Source: Raja brachyura
Lineage: Eukaryota
Assembly (NCBI GenBank): GCA_963514005.1
Contig: OY740783.1
Coordinates: 53,506,001-53,570,000, forward strand
Length of the DNA: 64,000 nucleotides
Direction: 5' to 3'
Shown here one piece after another: positions 12,612 through 24,921 of the stretch. Both the position numbers and the translations under genes were made by a program. The stretch's first letter is position 1. The number at the start of each line of letters is the position of its first letter. A model generated the notes under the pieces. It worked only from the letters and a program-made list of their open reading frames with translations, did not search any database and was not told the DNA's origin.

Positions 12612-12955
12612 ATTCACAAAGTACTGGAATAATTCAATAGGTCAGACAGCATCTCTGGAGGACATGGATAGGCAACGTTTCAGGTCAGGACCCTTCTTCA
12701 GACTGATTGCAGTGTTGAGAGGGGTTGGAGAAAGCTGGAAAAGTGGTGGAATGGGATGAAGTTTGGCAAGGGATACAGGTGAGAGGAGTTTTGATTGACA
12801 GATGGGTGGACAAAGGCTAGAACTTAAAAAAGGATGTAAGGTACCCAAGTGGAATAGATGTCCCACTATTTTCCAGCATTCTCCTCCCTACTACAATCTG
12901 AAAAAGGTCCCAATCTTCCCATGTTCTTCAGAGATGCTGTCTTAATTGGCGAGTT
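12612..12955. mobile_element. Penelope pseudo-LTR-derived foldback element with hammerhead motif
   Basis: aacgtttcaggtcaggacccttcttcagac at ~12674-12703, with a degenerate inverted copy at 12895-12955. Confidence 0.6.
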
Positions 12956-13262
12956 CAGTTTAATTTAGAGATACAGCATGGAAACAGGCCCTTCGGCCTA
13001 CAAAGTTCACGCTGTCCAATGATCCCCGCACACTAACACTATCCTACACACACTAGGAACAATTTACAATTTATCAAGCCAATTAACCTACAAACCTGTA
13101 CGTCTTTGGAGTGTGGGAGATAATCGCAACTCCTGCAGAAAACCCACGCAGGTCACGGGGAGAACGTACAAACGCCGTCCAGACAGCATCCATAGTCAGG
13201 ATCAAACCCGGGTCGCTGGCGCTGTAAAGCAACAACCCTACCGCTGTGCACCATGCCGCCCA
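12956..13262 (-). mobile_element. V-SINE (HE1-like)
   Basis: Full-length head, V core and tail on the minus strand. Confidence 0.85.
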
Positions 13263-13349
13263 GCGTTTTGTGTTTTGTTCAAAACGAATGCCAATCCTTT
13301 TGAAGATCTAACACTTGGCAATGAGGAATTTCAGGCATAAATCCATAAC

Positions 13350-13950
13350 CTCACAGTCCCTAGGGGCTGACCAAATGCATCCTTGTATCTTGTGGGGAGC
13401 TAGGAAGGAAATTGTAGATGTCCTTGCAAAGGTATTTGCATTATCTTTCACTCTTGGTGAAGTTCTGGAAGATTGGAGGGTGGCGAATGTTGTACCATTA
13501 TTTAAGGGCAGCAAGGGCAAGCCAGCAAACTACAGGCCAGTGAGCCTGCCGTTGTGGTGAGAAGGGTTTTGGACGGGACTTTGAGAAATAGAATCTACCA
13601 ACATTTGGATAGGCACAGACTGATTAGAGATAGTCAGCATAGCTTGGTGCGTGGATAAATCACTTCTTACAAATCAGTTATAGTTTTTTTAAATGGTCAC
13701 CAAGAAGATTGGCGAGTGCAGGGTGATGGATGTTTTCTATATGGACTTTAGCAAGGCCTTTGACAAACTCCAGCATGGCAGGCTGGCCTGGAGGTTTAGA
13801 ACACGTGGAATCCAAAGTGAGCTAGCGAATTGGATGCAAACGTTTTTCTGATTGGGGATCCACAGGACTCAGTACTGGGTCCACTTTTGTTTCTTAATTA
13901 GATTACTAATTTAAATAATAATGTAATTGGAGTAGTTAAAGTTTTGCATA
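13350..13950 (+). mobile_element. CR1 ORF2 internal fragment
   Basis: Translates to DWRVANVVPLFKG..NYRPVSL and includes the DFSKAFD region; degenerate. Confidence 0.85.
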
Positions 13951-13979
13951 ATCTCATTGTAGAGCATTATGTCTAATTC

Positions 13980-14330
13980 AAATGTCTGCATCGTTGGAAA
14001 TTCCCACAATTCCCACATAGCTAGAAATTTCATTGCTGTATTCACCATTTTCTACAGGTTAAACAGAGAATAAAAACATTACGATATTGAGCTCAGTCCA
14101 CTTTTCCATGTGACCTTCACGACCAAACTAGTGGCAACTTTGTAATGAGACCACAAGATCTTTTCAAATAATGAGATGTTGCATATTCCAATGTAGCGAC
14201 TGTCATAAGATCCAATAGTATAGAAGGAGAACATTCTTGACTGCCAGATCTTTTCACATAATATCAACTTTGTTTTCACAGCCAATATGCTATCTGCATT
14301 GGCTCAAATCAAAACTAAATAATTGCATTT
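13980..14330 (-). mobile_element. Possible highly degenerate Penelope-like GIY-YIG relic
   Basis: ORF 14079-14285 contains SRMFSFY..YDSRYIGICNISLFEKILWSH, loosely resembling a GIY-YIG VY..YIG..L..R..EH motif. Confidence 0.3.
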
Positions 14331-14474
14331 GAGATTTATAATTTGTTTGAAATTATTTATGCTGTTTTCCTGTGCGGCAAGTACTGTACAATTTTGACAT
14401 ATCAGTGTTTGTTATTGTCATTGTATTAATCTAGCTCAATCAATACCTTACACCTAATCAACAGCTAAATTCAT

Positions 14475-15110
14475 GTTCATAAGTTATGGAGCAGAATTAG
14501 GCCATTCGGCCCATCAAGTCTACTCCGCCATTGAATCATCGCTGATCTATATTTCTCTCTCAACCCCATTTTCCTGCCTTCCCGTACTAATCAACCCCAT
14601 TTTCCATAACCCCTGACACCCGTACTAATCAAGAATCTGTCAGTCTCCGCCTTAAAATCATTCATTGACGGCCTCCACAGCCATCTGTGGCAATAAGTTC
14701 CTTAAATTCACCACCCTCTGGCTAAAGAAATTCCTTCTCATCTTTCTAAAGGTATATGTTTTTAATCTGAGGCTATCGCTACTAATCCTAGAATCTCCCA
14801 CTAGTGGAAACATCATTTCCACATCCACTCTCTACAGGGCTTTCACTATTCGGTAAGTTACGATGAGGTCTCCCCTCAGCTTTCCAAACTCCAGTGAGTA
14901 CAGGCCCAGTGCCGTCAAACACGCATCATATGACAAGCCAATCATTCCTGGGATCATTCTCGTAAACCTCCTCTCCAATGCCAGCACATCGTTCCTCAGA
15001 TATGGGGCCCAAAACTGCTCACAATATTCCAAATACAGTCCAAACAGTGCCTTATAAAGTCTCAGCATTACATCTCTGTTTTTATATTCTAGACCTCTTG
15101 AAATAAATTC
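14475..15110 (-). mobile_element. CR1 LINE 3' fragment
   Basis: MLRLYKAL..LEYCEQFWAPYL..LRGDLI followed by a 3' UTR. Confidence 0.85.
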
Positions 15111-15559
15111 TTAGAAATTTTATGCATTTCACATCCAATTTCATGCATTAATTAAATGACTTGTCCACGTAAGGAATTACAGGTGCTGGAATCTTGAGCA
15201 AAATACAAAGTGTTAGAGTAACTCAGCATGTTAGGCAGCATTGTGAGAGGAATCGACAGATGATGTTTCTGATTGGGACCCTTCTTCAGACTAATTGCAG
15301 TAGGAGGAGAGAAAGTTGGAAAATAATGGTGGGGGCAGGACAAAGTTTAGCAAGTGATAGGTGGATACACCTGAGAGGGATTGGACTGGCAGCAGGGAAC
15401 ATGTTCTGTTTTTGGCAGTGCTGAGTTCCAATCCCTGTGTTTTTATTTATGCCATGAATTTTTAAGTATTAATTCTTGGTTTCCCACAATTTTCCAAGGA
15501 TTCATGGACTAACATTTTCTTTATTTTAAACTACAAAAGAAGGTGGATAAAATCAAATG

Positions 15560-15819
15560 CATTTATTTTTTTTTTACTTTATTTTATTAGAAGTAATCTA
15601 TTTACAATAATGTAAACAGCTTTACAAACCTCAACTTAATTACACATTTTTTAAATAACCCATTGACAGTTATCATCTTCTATTTTTTTTGGAAATAAAG
15701 AAAAGAATAGAATAGTTTTAAATCAATAAGAAAGTGATTAAATAATAATTTGATTATATAGAAAAGAAGAAAAAAATAGAGCAAAGAAAAAAGATTATAG
15801 ATTAACAAAAAGTGAAAAA

Positions 15820-15852
<33 letters not shown>

Positions 15853-16090
15853 CAATGAAAATCAACAAAATATATTGTATCTAAAACTATTACAAATAAT
15901 AATATCAATGAAGACATGCCTATTAATCCTAGTATAAGAATCAATTATTCTCATCAAATCCCGCTGGGTACCCGTCAGGCTGTGACGTCAAGAACAGCTA
16001 GTTCTCTAGATACTGTATATATGGAGACCATATTTGTTCGAAGGTATTATATTTGTCCAATAGGACAAATCTGATTCTTTCTAATTGACC
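15560..16090 (-). mobile_element. L1-type LINE 3' end (poly-A, AT-rich UTR, (TA)n)
   Basis: Poly-T with ttttatt at ~15565-15590. The minus strand near 16000-16085 resembles the ORF2 end of the 29375-30510 element (gaaaaatcagatttgtccta..aatatggtctcca). Confidence 0.55.
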
Positions 16091-16129
16091 AATTCAAATG
16101 CATTTATGTTATCTTGAAATAAGGTTATT

Positions 16130-16655
16130 ATCATAGTCATAGAGTGATACAGTGTGGATACAGGCCTTCTGGCCCAACTTGCCCACACCGGCCAACAATG
16201 TCCAAGCTTCATTAGTTCCACCAGCCTGCACTTGGTCCATATCTCTCCAAACCTGTCCTATCATGTACCTGTCTGTTTCTGAAATGATGGGGTAGTCCCA
16301 GCCTCAACTACCTCCTCTGGCAGCTTGTTCCATGCACCCACAACCCTTTGTGTGGAAATGTTACCCCTCGGATTCCTATTAGATATTTTCCCCTTCACCT
16401 TGAACCTATGTCCTCTGGTCCTCAATTCCCCTACTCTGGGTAAGAGACTGTACATCTATCCAATCTATTCCTCTCACGATTTTGTGCACCTCTATAAGAT
16501 CACCCCTTATCCTCCTGCGCTCCAAGGAATAGAGACCCAGCCGACTCAACCTCTCCATATAGCTCATACATTCTAGTCCTGGCAACATCATCATAAATCT
16601 TTTCTGAACCCTTTCAAGCTTGACAATATCTTTCCTATAACATGGCACCCAGAAT
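16130..16655 (-). mobile_element. CR1 LINE 3' fragment
   Basis: LERVQKRF..LGLYSLERRRIRGDLIEV; RTRGHRFKV. Confidence 0.88.
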
Positions 16656-16946
16656 TGGTTAAGTAATCTGACAGATTTCTGTAACTCCTAATATTTATGG
16701 TTATTTATGCATTAGTTATGATTAAACAGTTAAGCTTATAATTTTAAATGCTTAAAGTTCTTGCTCTGTAATTGAGGTGTTTGTGCCTTTTGCATGCAAA
16801 TTGCTCTGTGCACATACAGTGACTGTGGTGGTACTTGTAGTTTGTTCTTCAATGTCAGCTTCATGAATTACTATGAACGTCATGTACAAGCTACCTTCAT
16901 CTGATAGCAAAAAGAAAACAAAGTATCTGTTGCTGTAACAGCATAA

Positions 16947-17472
16947 AGGGCCTGTCCCACTAGCGCGCGATTACACACGGCAAGCGCGACAAATTCGGAT
17001 GCGGGGGTCGCGTGGGGTTGCGTGTGGGTCGGGCGATCCCGGTGCGAGTTTCGTGCGAAGTCCGCGGGAAGGTTGCGCGTGACGTCATTTTTCATCATAT
17101 AAACATGGGCTGCAGGCTGCTTGTCTTCAAAACGCGCGCGTTTTTTCTGTTGCGGTCATGTGCGTCGCACGACGTCGGGCAGTGACGTCATCACGCAACG
17201 CCACGCTGAAGACGCACGACGTCAAAACGTCACGACGTTATCCACGTTCTCCATGCGATTCTGGCCGACAGGATTTTGCCGCGCGGAATTTTTGGACAGT
17301 GTCGGTTTTTGCTGGCTCCACGCGATGTCGAGACCAGCTCCACACAACTCTGGGCAACTCCACGAGACTCCGGCGATCGAAGTGGGACAGGGTCACGCGA
17401 GGCCGGACGACTAAAGCGACCACGGTAGGTCGCGCTTGCCGTGTGTAATCGCGCGCTAGTGGGACAGGCCCT
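16947..17472. mobile_element. PIF/Harbinger-type MITE
   Basis: TIR of ~42 bp starting AGGGCCTGTCCCACTAGCGCGCGATTACAC, flanked by TAA and TTA. CpG-rich interior. Confidence 0.85.
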
Positions 17473-17954
17473 TTACCAACATAATTGTCCACATGCTCAT
17501 CAGAGATTACAAGACAAATTCATACCATTTTGTTGCTGGCTACTTATTGTTGACAACTATTTTCAATGTATATTTATTTGCAAATACATCTGTTCTGCTG
17601 TTGATGACATTGTGTCACCCCAGTTTTGTATTTCCTACTGCTGCTGACATTGCTGAGAAATTTACATGTTCACATGGGACTAGTGTAGAGGGAGCATCTT
17701 GGTTGACATGGGCCTGTTTCCATGTTGTATGGCCTGGGTTGAAGGGCCTGTTTCCATGCTGTATGATTGTATGACTGTGATTTGGCAGATTCAGTGTGGT
17801 TTTCAAAGAGGCAATTGACACATTTTATCCTTTGTGATTTAACCAACAGGTCAACGGAGAAAACAGTAAATGTAGTGTCTTCAGCTGTTTTTATCAATTT
17901 TCATTCCAGTTTGTTCAGATATTTATGGTTAATTGCACAATCTGAAATTTCATG

Positions 17955-18880
17955 AGCTATTCCTCAGCAGATGAAGCCCATGCCGATGTGTCACAGGACT
18001 GAGACAATATTCAGACATGGGCTGATAAGAGGCAAATAACATTCCTGTTACAGAACTCCCATATAATGGCCATCTCCAATTAGAAAGCATCTAATGAACT
18101 GAAGGTCTCGACCCGAAATGTCACCCATTCCTTCTCTCCAGAGATGCTGCCTGACCCGCTGAGTTACTCCAACATTTTGTGTCTACCATCTAATTAACTA
18201 CCTTGGATATGCAACAACATTACACTTGCTGTGTCCCTCACCAACATTACTCATGCTACATCAACCACCATCAATATTCTTGGAGTCACCATTGGCAAGG
18301 AACTCAAATAGACCAGCCAAATAAAATACCGCAGCCACAGCACCGTCTAAATATTGTGTAGGAGCAGTGTTGACTGTCCCGCTGAGTTACTCCAGCATTT
18401 TGTGTGCACCTTTGAAGTCCAAAGATTGATTACCCCTGTGATGAGTGAATAAGGCACAAACAAGGTACAAACATAATGGAATGCCCTCCACTTGACCAGG
18501 AATGTCAACTCAAACACCACAAAAGAACCCATGCACGCCATCCTCCTGCCTGGAAATGTAATCACTCCACCACCAAAGGTTCCATTAGTGCTCTCCTTTT
18601 CCAAAATACTCTGACTTTACTTGTCTAGACTACTCTGACAGCATCTCCCAAGCTTCTAACCTCTACCACCTCAAATGACAAGCATAGCAGGGACATGGGA
18701 AGACCACCAGATGATGAATATATCCATAACAAATGTACATATGTTGCCCTGTGAATCACATGCTATTCTGATTGAAAGTACATTTAAAGCTTACATTTTA
18801 GAATTGCCTCCCCAAACACATTGTAAAGGTTGTAAAAGACTGCAATGGTCTCAGAAGGGCAATTAGAGAAGGTCAATAAA
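17955..18880 (+). mobile_element. Old CR1-group LINE fragment with nested Penelope-derived insertions
   Basis: Degenerate RT C-terminal motifs (gacatgggctgataag; aatattcttggagtcaccattg). Penelope-derived insert at ~18101-18187 with TSD catctaatgaact/catctaattaact. Confidence 0.55.
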
Positions 18881-18999
18881 ACAGAATAATGGTTAACTGA
18901 TGAGATGCCAGAAAAGTTTGGTGTGCAGAAGACCTCATAGTTCATGAAACACACAAAATTAATGTGTGCAGCATTTAGAAATACAAATGGAGTACGTCA

Positions 19000-19635
19000 C
19001 AGAGAGTGGTGAGTCTGTGGAATTCTCTGCCTCAGAGGGCGGTGGAGGTGGGTTCTCTGGATGCTTTCAAGAGAGAGCTAGATAGGGCTTAAAAATAGCA
19101 GAGCCAGGGGATATGAGGAGAAGGCAGGAACGCGGTACTGATTGGGGATGATCAGCTATGATCACATTGAATTGCGATGCTGGCTCGAAGTGCCGAATGG
19201 ACTACTCCTGCACCTATTGTCTATTGTCTATTGTCTATCAACATTTTATGAAAAATACAGCAGTACTTCACTGCAGCTAATAAAACATTGTGAAATAACA
19301 CCTGGAACATTTCATGCACTGTTGTACACTGTCACAGTCGATGGATAAGGGGGAATTCCTTTAGGACCGAGATGAGGAAAACATTTTTCACACTGAGAGT
19401 GGTGAGTCTCTGGAATTATCTGCCACAGAAGGTAGTTGAGGCCAGTTCATTGGCTACATTTAAGAGGGAGTTAGATGTGGCCCTTGTGGCTAAAGGGATC
19501 GGGGGTATGGAGAGAAGGTAGGTACAGGATACTGAGTTGGATGATCAGCCATGATCATATTGAACGGCGGTGCAGGCTCGAAGGGCCGAATGGCCTACTC
19601 CTGCACCTATTTTCTATGTTTCTATGTTTCTATGT
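19000..19635 (+). mobile_element. Two short CR1 3' ends (~19000-19225 and ~19350-19635)
   Basis: Each has a CR1 3' UTR, with (ctattgt)n and (ctatgttt)n tails respectively. Confidence 0.85.
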
Positions 19636-19679
19636 ACAATATATCAGGTATTTGGCTTAGAAGAGACACCTTGTTGATT

Positions 19680-19878
19680 GTGTAGGAATGAACTACAGAT
19701 GCTGGTTTACACCAAAGATAGACACAAAATGCTGGAATAACTCAGTGGGACCGGCAGCATCTCTGGAGAGAAGGAATGGGTAGCATTTTGGAAGGAATAG
19801 GGAAACATCACCCATTCCTTCTCTCCAGAGATGCTGCCTGTCCCATTGAGTTACTCCAGCATTTTGTGTCTATCTTCT
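19680..19878. mobile_element. Palindromic Penelope pseudo-LTR-derived insertion
   Basis: Inverted arms of ~70 bp (gacacaaaatgctgga..gaaggaatgggt / acccattccttc..gcattttgtgtc). TSD ccttgttgatt on both sides. Confidence 0.75.
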
Positions 19879-19929
19879 CCTTGTTGATTTATTGGATTGA
19901 ATTCTTGGATGCCATATTAGGAGAATCAG

Positions 19930-20260
19930 GAGTCAATAGTCAATAGTGTTTTTTATTGTCATATGTGCCAGATAGAACAATAACATTCTTACTTCATGCA
20001 GTACAACAGAGTATGTAAACATAGGACACTGTAAACAATATGATAAACGAGAGCGAAACAACAGGTTCAGTGTGTATATATACACATATTCACAAGTACA
20101 CACACACATACTCAAAAAACTGGGCAGTGTTCACAACTTTTTGCAGTCTTTTCCACTCCTGGACGTTCAATTTGCCAAACCAGGCCATAATGCAAACAGT
20201 CAATATGCTCTCTACTGTACACCTGCAGAAGTTCAAGAGAATCCCCTTTGACATAACAAA
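19930..20260 (-). mobile_element. Rex/Babar-type LINE 3' fragment
   Basis: Frameshifted minus-strand sequence resembling Rex1 ORF motifs, plus a ..catatgacaataaaa tail. Confidence 0.55.
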
Positions 20261-20459
20261 TGAGAGGTGAATTAATTAAAATGTACATTAAATGAGATAC
20301 TGTACAATGTACATTATATTTCTTAATGTACATTAAATGAGAAATGTACATTATTGATGAGATACTTACCGTAAAACTATAGTATATCCTAAGGCTCAAG
20401 ATTTCAGATAAAGAGGTTAACCATTTAGATGGTGAGACATTTCTTTACTCAATCAGTGC

Positions 20460-22700
20460 ATAACCATATAACCATATAACCATATAACAATTACAGCATG
20501 GAAACAGGCCCTCTTGGCCCTTCCAGTCCGTGCCGACCATTTATTTTCCCCTAGTCCCATCTACCTGCACTCAGACCATACTCCTCAATTCCCTTCCCGT
20601 CCATATACCTATCTACTTTACTTTTAAATGTTAAAATTGATCCTGCCTCCACCACTTCTGTTGGAAGCTCATTCCACACAGCCACCACTCTCTGAGTAAA
20701 GAAGTTCCCCCTCATGTTACCCCTAAACTTCTGTTCATTAATTCTCATGCTATGCCCTCTTGTTTGAATCTTCCCTACCCTCAATGGGAAAAGCTTATCC
20801 ACGTCTACTCTGTCTATCCCTTTCATCATTTTAAAGACCTCAATCAAATCCCCCCTTAACCTTCTGCGCTCCAAAGAATAAAGACCTAACTTGTTCAACC
20901 TTTCTCTGTAACTTAGTTGCTGGAACCCAGGCACCATTCTAGTAAATCTCCTCTGTACTCTCTCTATTTTGTTGACATCCTTCCTATAATTAGGTGACCA
21001 AAATTGTACACCATACTCCAGAATTGGTCTTACCAATGCTTTGTACAATTTTAACATTACTTCCCTACTCCTATATTCAATGGGTTACACAAAAAGCTGG
21101 AGAAACTCAGCGGGTGCAGCAGCATCTAAGGAGCGAAGGAGATAGGCGATGTTTTGGGTCGAGACCCTTCTTCAGACTGGTCAGGGATCAGGGAAACGAG
21201 AGATATAAACAGTGAGGTGGAGAGATAAAGAACAATGGATGAAAGATATGCAAAAAAGTATTGATGATAAAGGAAACAGGCCATTGTAAGCTGTTTGTGG
21301 TGTGAAAATGAGAAGCTAGTGCGACTGGGGTGGGGTGGGGGGGAGAGATGGAGAAGGAATGTCAGGGCCCGAGGGCTGAGGGAGAGGTGGGGAGGGGAGG
21401 GGGCAGTCTGGGTTAACAGAATTGAGAAAATTCAATGTTTAAGCCCTGAGGATGCAGACTCCCCAAGCGGAATATGAGGTGCTGTTCCTCCAACTTGCGG
21501 TGTTGCTCACTCTGGCCGTGGAGGAGGCCCAGGACCGAGAGGTCGGATACGGAATGGGAGGGGGAGTTGAAGTGCTGAGCCACCGGGAGGTCGGGTTGGT
21601 TATTGCGGACCGAGCGGAGGTGTTCGGCGAAACGATCGCCCAGCCTCCGCTTGGTCTCACCGATGTAGATCAGCTGGCATCTGGAGCAACGGATGCAGTA
21701 GATGAGGTTGGAGGAGGTACAGGTGAACCTCTGTCGGACTTGGAATGACTGCTTGGGTCCCTGAAAGGAGTGGATGGGGGAGGTGAAGGGACAAGTGTAG
21801 CATCTCTTGCGGTTGCAAGGGAAAGTGCCCGGGGAAGGAGTGGAGCGGGAGGGAAGGGAAGAATTGACAAGGGAGTTGCGGAGGGAGCGGTCTTTGCGGA
21901 AGGCAGACAAGGGGGGGGAGATGGGAAGATGTGGTGAGTGGAGGGGTCACGTTGGAGGTGGCGAAACTGGCGGAGGACTATCTGTTGTATGCGCTGGCTG
22001 GTGGGGTGAAAGGTGAGGACCAGGGGGATTCGGCCCTTGTTGTGAGTGGGGGAATGGGGAGAGAGGGCAGTGTTGCGGGGTATGGAGGAGACCCTGGTGC
22101 GAGCCTCATCTATAGTGGGGGAGGGGAAACCCCGTTCTCTGTAGAACGAGGACATTTGTGATGTCCTATATTCAATGCTCTGATTTATAAATGCCAGCAC
22201 ACCAAAAGCTTTCTTTATCACCCTATCTACATGCGATTCCACCTTCAGGGAGCTATGCACAGTTATTCCTAGTTCCCTCTGTTCCACAGCAGTCCTCAAA
22301 TTCCCTTCCATTTACCATGTACGTCCTATTTTGATTTGTCCTGCCAAGATGTAGCACTTCACACTTATCAGCATTAAACTCCATCTGCCATCTTTCAGCC
22401 CACTTTTCCAAATGGCCCAAATCTCTCTGTAGATTTTGAAAATCTACTTCATTATCCACAACATCACCTATCTTAGTATCATCTGCATACTTACTTATCC
22501 AATTTTCCACCCCATCATCCAGATCATTGATGTACATGACAAACAACAGTGGAACCAACACAGATCCCTGAGGCACCCCACTGGTCACCGGCTTCCAACT
22601 TGCCAAACAGCCATCCACCATTACTCTCTGACATCTCCCATTTAGCCACTGTTGAATCCATCTTGCTACTCCGCCATTAACACCCAAAGATTGAACATAA
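20460..22700 (-). mobile_element. CR1 LINE (RT C-terminal half) split by a Penelope insertion
   Basis: SGVPQGSVL..YINDLD..KYADDTK in ORF 22253-22918; LYKALVRPILEY..TRGH..WNELP in ORF 20551-21057; (tatggtta)n tail. Confidence 0.92.
21083..22163 (-). mobile_element. 5'-truncated Penelope-like retroelement (GIY-YIG endonuclease plus pseudo-LTR)
   Basis: ORF 21413-21910 has C..C, NLIYCIRC..IYIGET.RRL.DRF.EH..VAQHFN..GLN. Exact 14 bp TSD tcctatattcaatg at 21069-82 and 22164-77. Decayed hammerhead at 21148-21175. Confidence 0.92.
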
Positions 22701-22849
22701 CTTGGAAAATTTCCAAATGACCAGGAGTGGAATACAATTAAGTTTGAGATCAGCATATTTTTGGACTTTGAGAGGCAAGAGGCTTGAAGATCAGGTGAGA
22801 ACATAGACATGAAGCAGAAGATCAGCCATGACATTATTAGACAATAGAG

Positions 22850-23253
22850 GAATAGACAATACATGCAGGAGTAGGCCATTCGGCCCTTCGAGCCAACACT
22901 GCTATTCACTGTGATCATGGCTGATCATCCACAAGCAGTACCCTGATTCCTGCCTTCTCCCCATATCCCTTGACTCCGCTATCTTTAAAGGGCCTGTCCT
23001 ACAAGCATGCAACTCTATGCGATGAACGCGATCAAACTAGAAGCAGGGGGCAGTGCGGAGGTCGGGTGATCCCCTGTACAGGGCCGTTCCCACCAGCATG
23101 CGCCTGCATGCGGCAAGCGCGACCAAACCGGCAGCAGGGGCCGCGCGGAGGTCGGGTGAGTGGTGCAATGCGGCGCAAAGTGAGGCGAACTTGGAGCGAA
23201 GTCTAAGGTAAGTTCGCCAGGACAGAGAGGGGCACACAGAGAGGGGCACACAG

Positions 23254-23294
<41 letters not shown>

Positions 23295-23830
23295 GCCACG
23301 GAGCCACACACATAGAGAGTCATGGAGACACCTACAGATAGGTTCACGGAGGCACGATGTCGGGGCGGTGTGTAATGCGTCGATGCGACTGCGAGCCGAC
23401 AAGTCGTTGCCGCGCGGAATTTTTGAACATAGTTTTTCAGAGCCCCGCGCGATGTCGGGATGAACTCCGCACAATTCCGCACGGCTCCGGCGATCGAAGT
23501 GGGACCGGCCCCGCGATGCCGGACGGCTCAAGTGACCACGTTAGGTCGCGCTAATCGCATAGAGTTGCATGCTTGTAGGACAGGCCCTTAAGAGCTCTAT
23601 CTAACTCTCTCTTGAAAGCATCCAGTGAATCGGCCCCCATTGCCTTCTGAGGCAGAGAATTCCCTAGATTCACAACTCTCTGGGTGAAAACGTTTTTCCT
23701 CATCTCCGTTCTAAATGGTCTCCTCCTTATGCTTAACTGTGGCCCCTGGTTCTGGACTCCCCCAACATTGGGAACATATTTCCTGCCTCTAGCGTGTCCA
23801 ATCCCTTAATAATCTTATATTATTCAATAA
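22850..23830 (-). mobile_element. CR1 3' end interrupted by a MITE
   Basis: The CR1 3' UTR gctatctttaa|gagctctatc is split at TAA. Confidence 0.85.
22989..23588. mobile_element. PIF/Harbinger-type MITE with internal (CA)n
   Basis: TIR AGGGCCTGTCCTACAAGCATGCAACTCTATGCGAT. The TAA TSD (22986-88 and 23589-91) is demonstrable against the interrupted CR1 sequence. Confidence 0.9.
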
Positions 23831-24489
23831 TTGAATTTTGTAATGTTTAAAGAGCAACAGAAGATAACTAAAAGGCAATACAGGGAGAAACAATGAGGTA
23901 CGAAGGTAAGCTAGCCAAGAACATAAAGGAGGATAATAAAAGCACCTTTAGGTATGTGAAGAGAAAAAAAATAGTGAAGACCAAAGTTGGACCCGTGAAG
24001 ACTGAAAAGGGTGAATTTATTAAGGGGAACAAGGAAATGGCAGATGGGTTTAACAGGTACTTTGGATCCGTCTTCACTAAGGAGGACACAAACAATCAGT
24101 CATGATCATATTGAATGGCGGTGCAGGCTCAAAGGACTGAATGGCCTACTGCTGCACCTATTTTCTATGTTTCTATGTTAATCTTCCGGAAGTACCAGCC
24201 AGAGGATCTGCGGTGGCGGAGGTACTGAAGGAAATCCACATTAGGCAGGAAATGGTGTTGGGTAGACTGAAGAGAGTGAAGACTGATAAATCCCCAGGGC
24301 CTGATGGTCTGCCTCCCAGGGTACTTAAGGAGGTGGCTCTAGAAATTGTGGACGCATTGGTGATCATTTCCCAATCTTCTATAGATTCAGGATCAATTCC
24401 TGTGGATTGGTAGCTAATGATATCCCACTTTTTAAGAAAGGCGGGAGAGAGAAAACAGGGAATAATAGACCAGTTAGCCTTACATCGGT

Positions 24490-24614
24490 GGTTACACAAA
24501 AAGCTGGAGAAACTCAGCGGGTGCAGCAGCACCTAAGAAGCGAAGGAGATAGGCGACGTTTCGGGTCGAGACCCTTCTTCAGACTGGTCAGGGATCAGGG
24601 AAACGAGAGATATT
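24490..24614 (-). mobile_element. Solo Penelope pseudo-LTR with intact hammerhead motif (24555-24582)
   Basis: Minus strand reads CTGAAGA-A-GGGT(ctcg)ACCC-GAAACGTC. It interrupts CR1 at tcggtgg|..|ggtggtgggg. Confidence 0.8.
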
Positions 24615-24921
24615 GGTGGTGGGGAAGATGCTGGAATCAATCATAAAAGATGAAATAGCGGCACATTTGGATAGCAGTAACAGGATCGGTCCGAGTCAGC
24701 ATGGATTTACGAAGGGGAAATCTTGCTTGACTAATCTTCTGGGATTTTTTGAGGATGGAACTAGGAAAATGGACAAGGGGGAGCCACTGGATGTAGTGTA
24801 CTGGACTTTCAGAAAGCATTTGATAAGGTCCTACATAGGAGATTATTGGGCAAAATTAACACACATGGTATTGGGGGTAGAGTGCTGACATGGATAGAAA
24901 ATTGGTTGGCCGACAGGAAAC

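Noticed and set aside
15680-15868. Hydrophobic ORF
   Set aside because: Translation of a (TA)n microsatellite and AT-rich LINE UTR.
16947-17472. CpG island or promoter (also 22989-23588)
   Set aside because: Bounded by TIRs with TWA flanks, so these are young MITEs.
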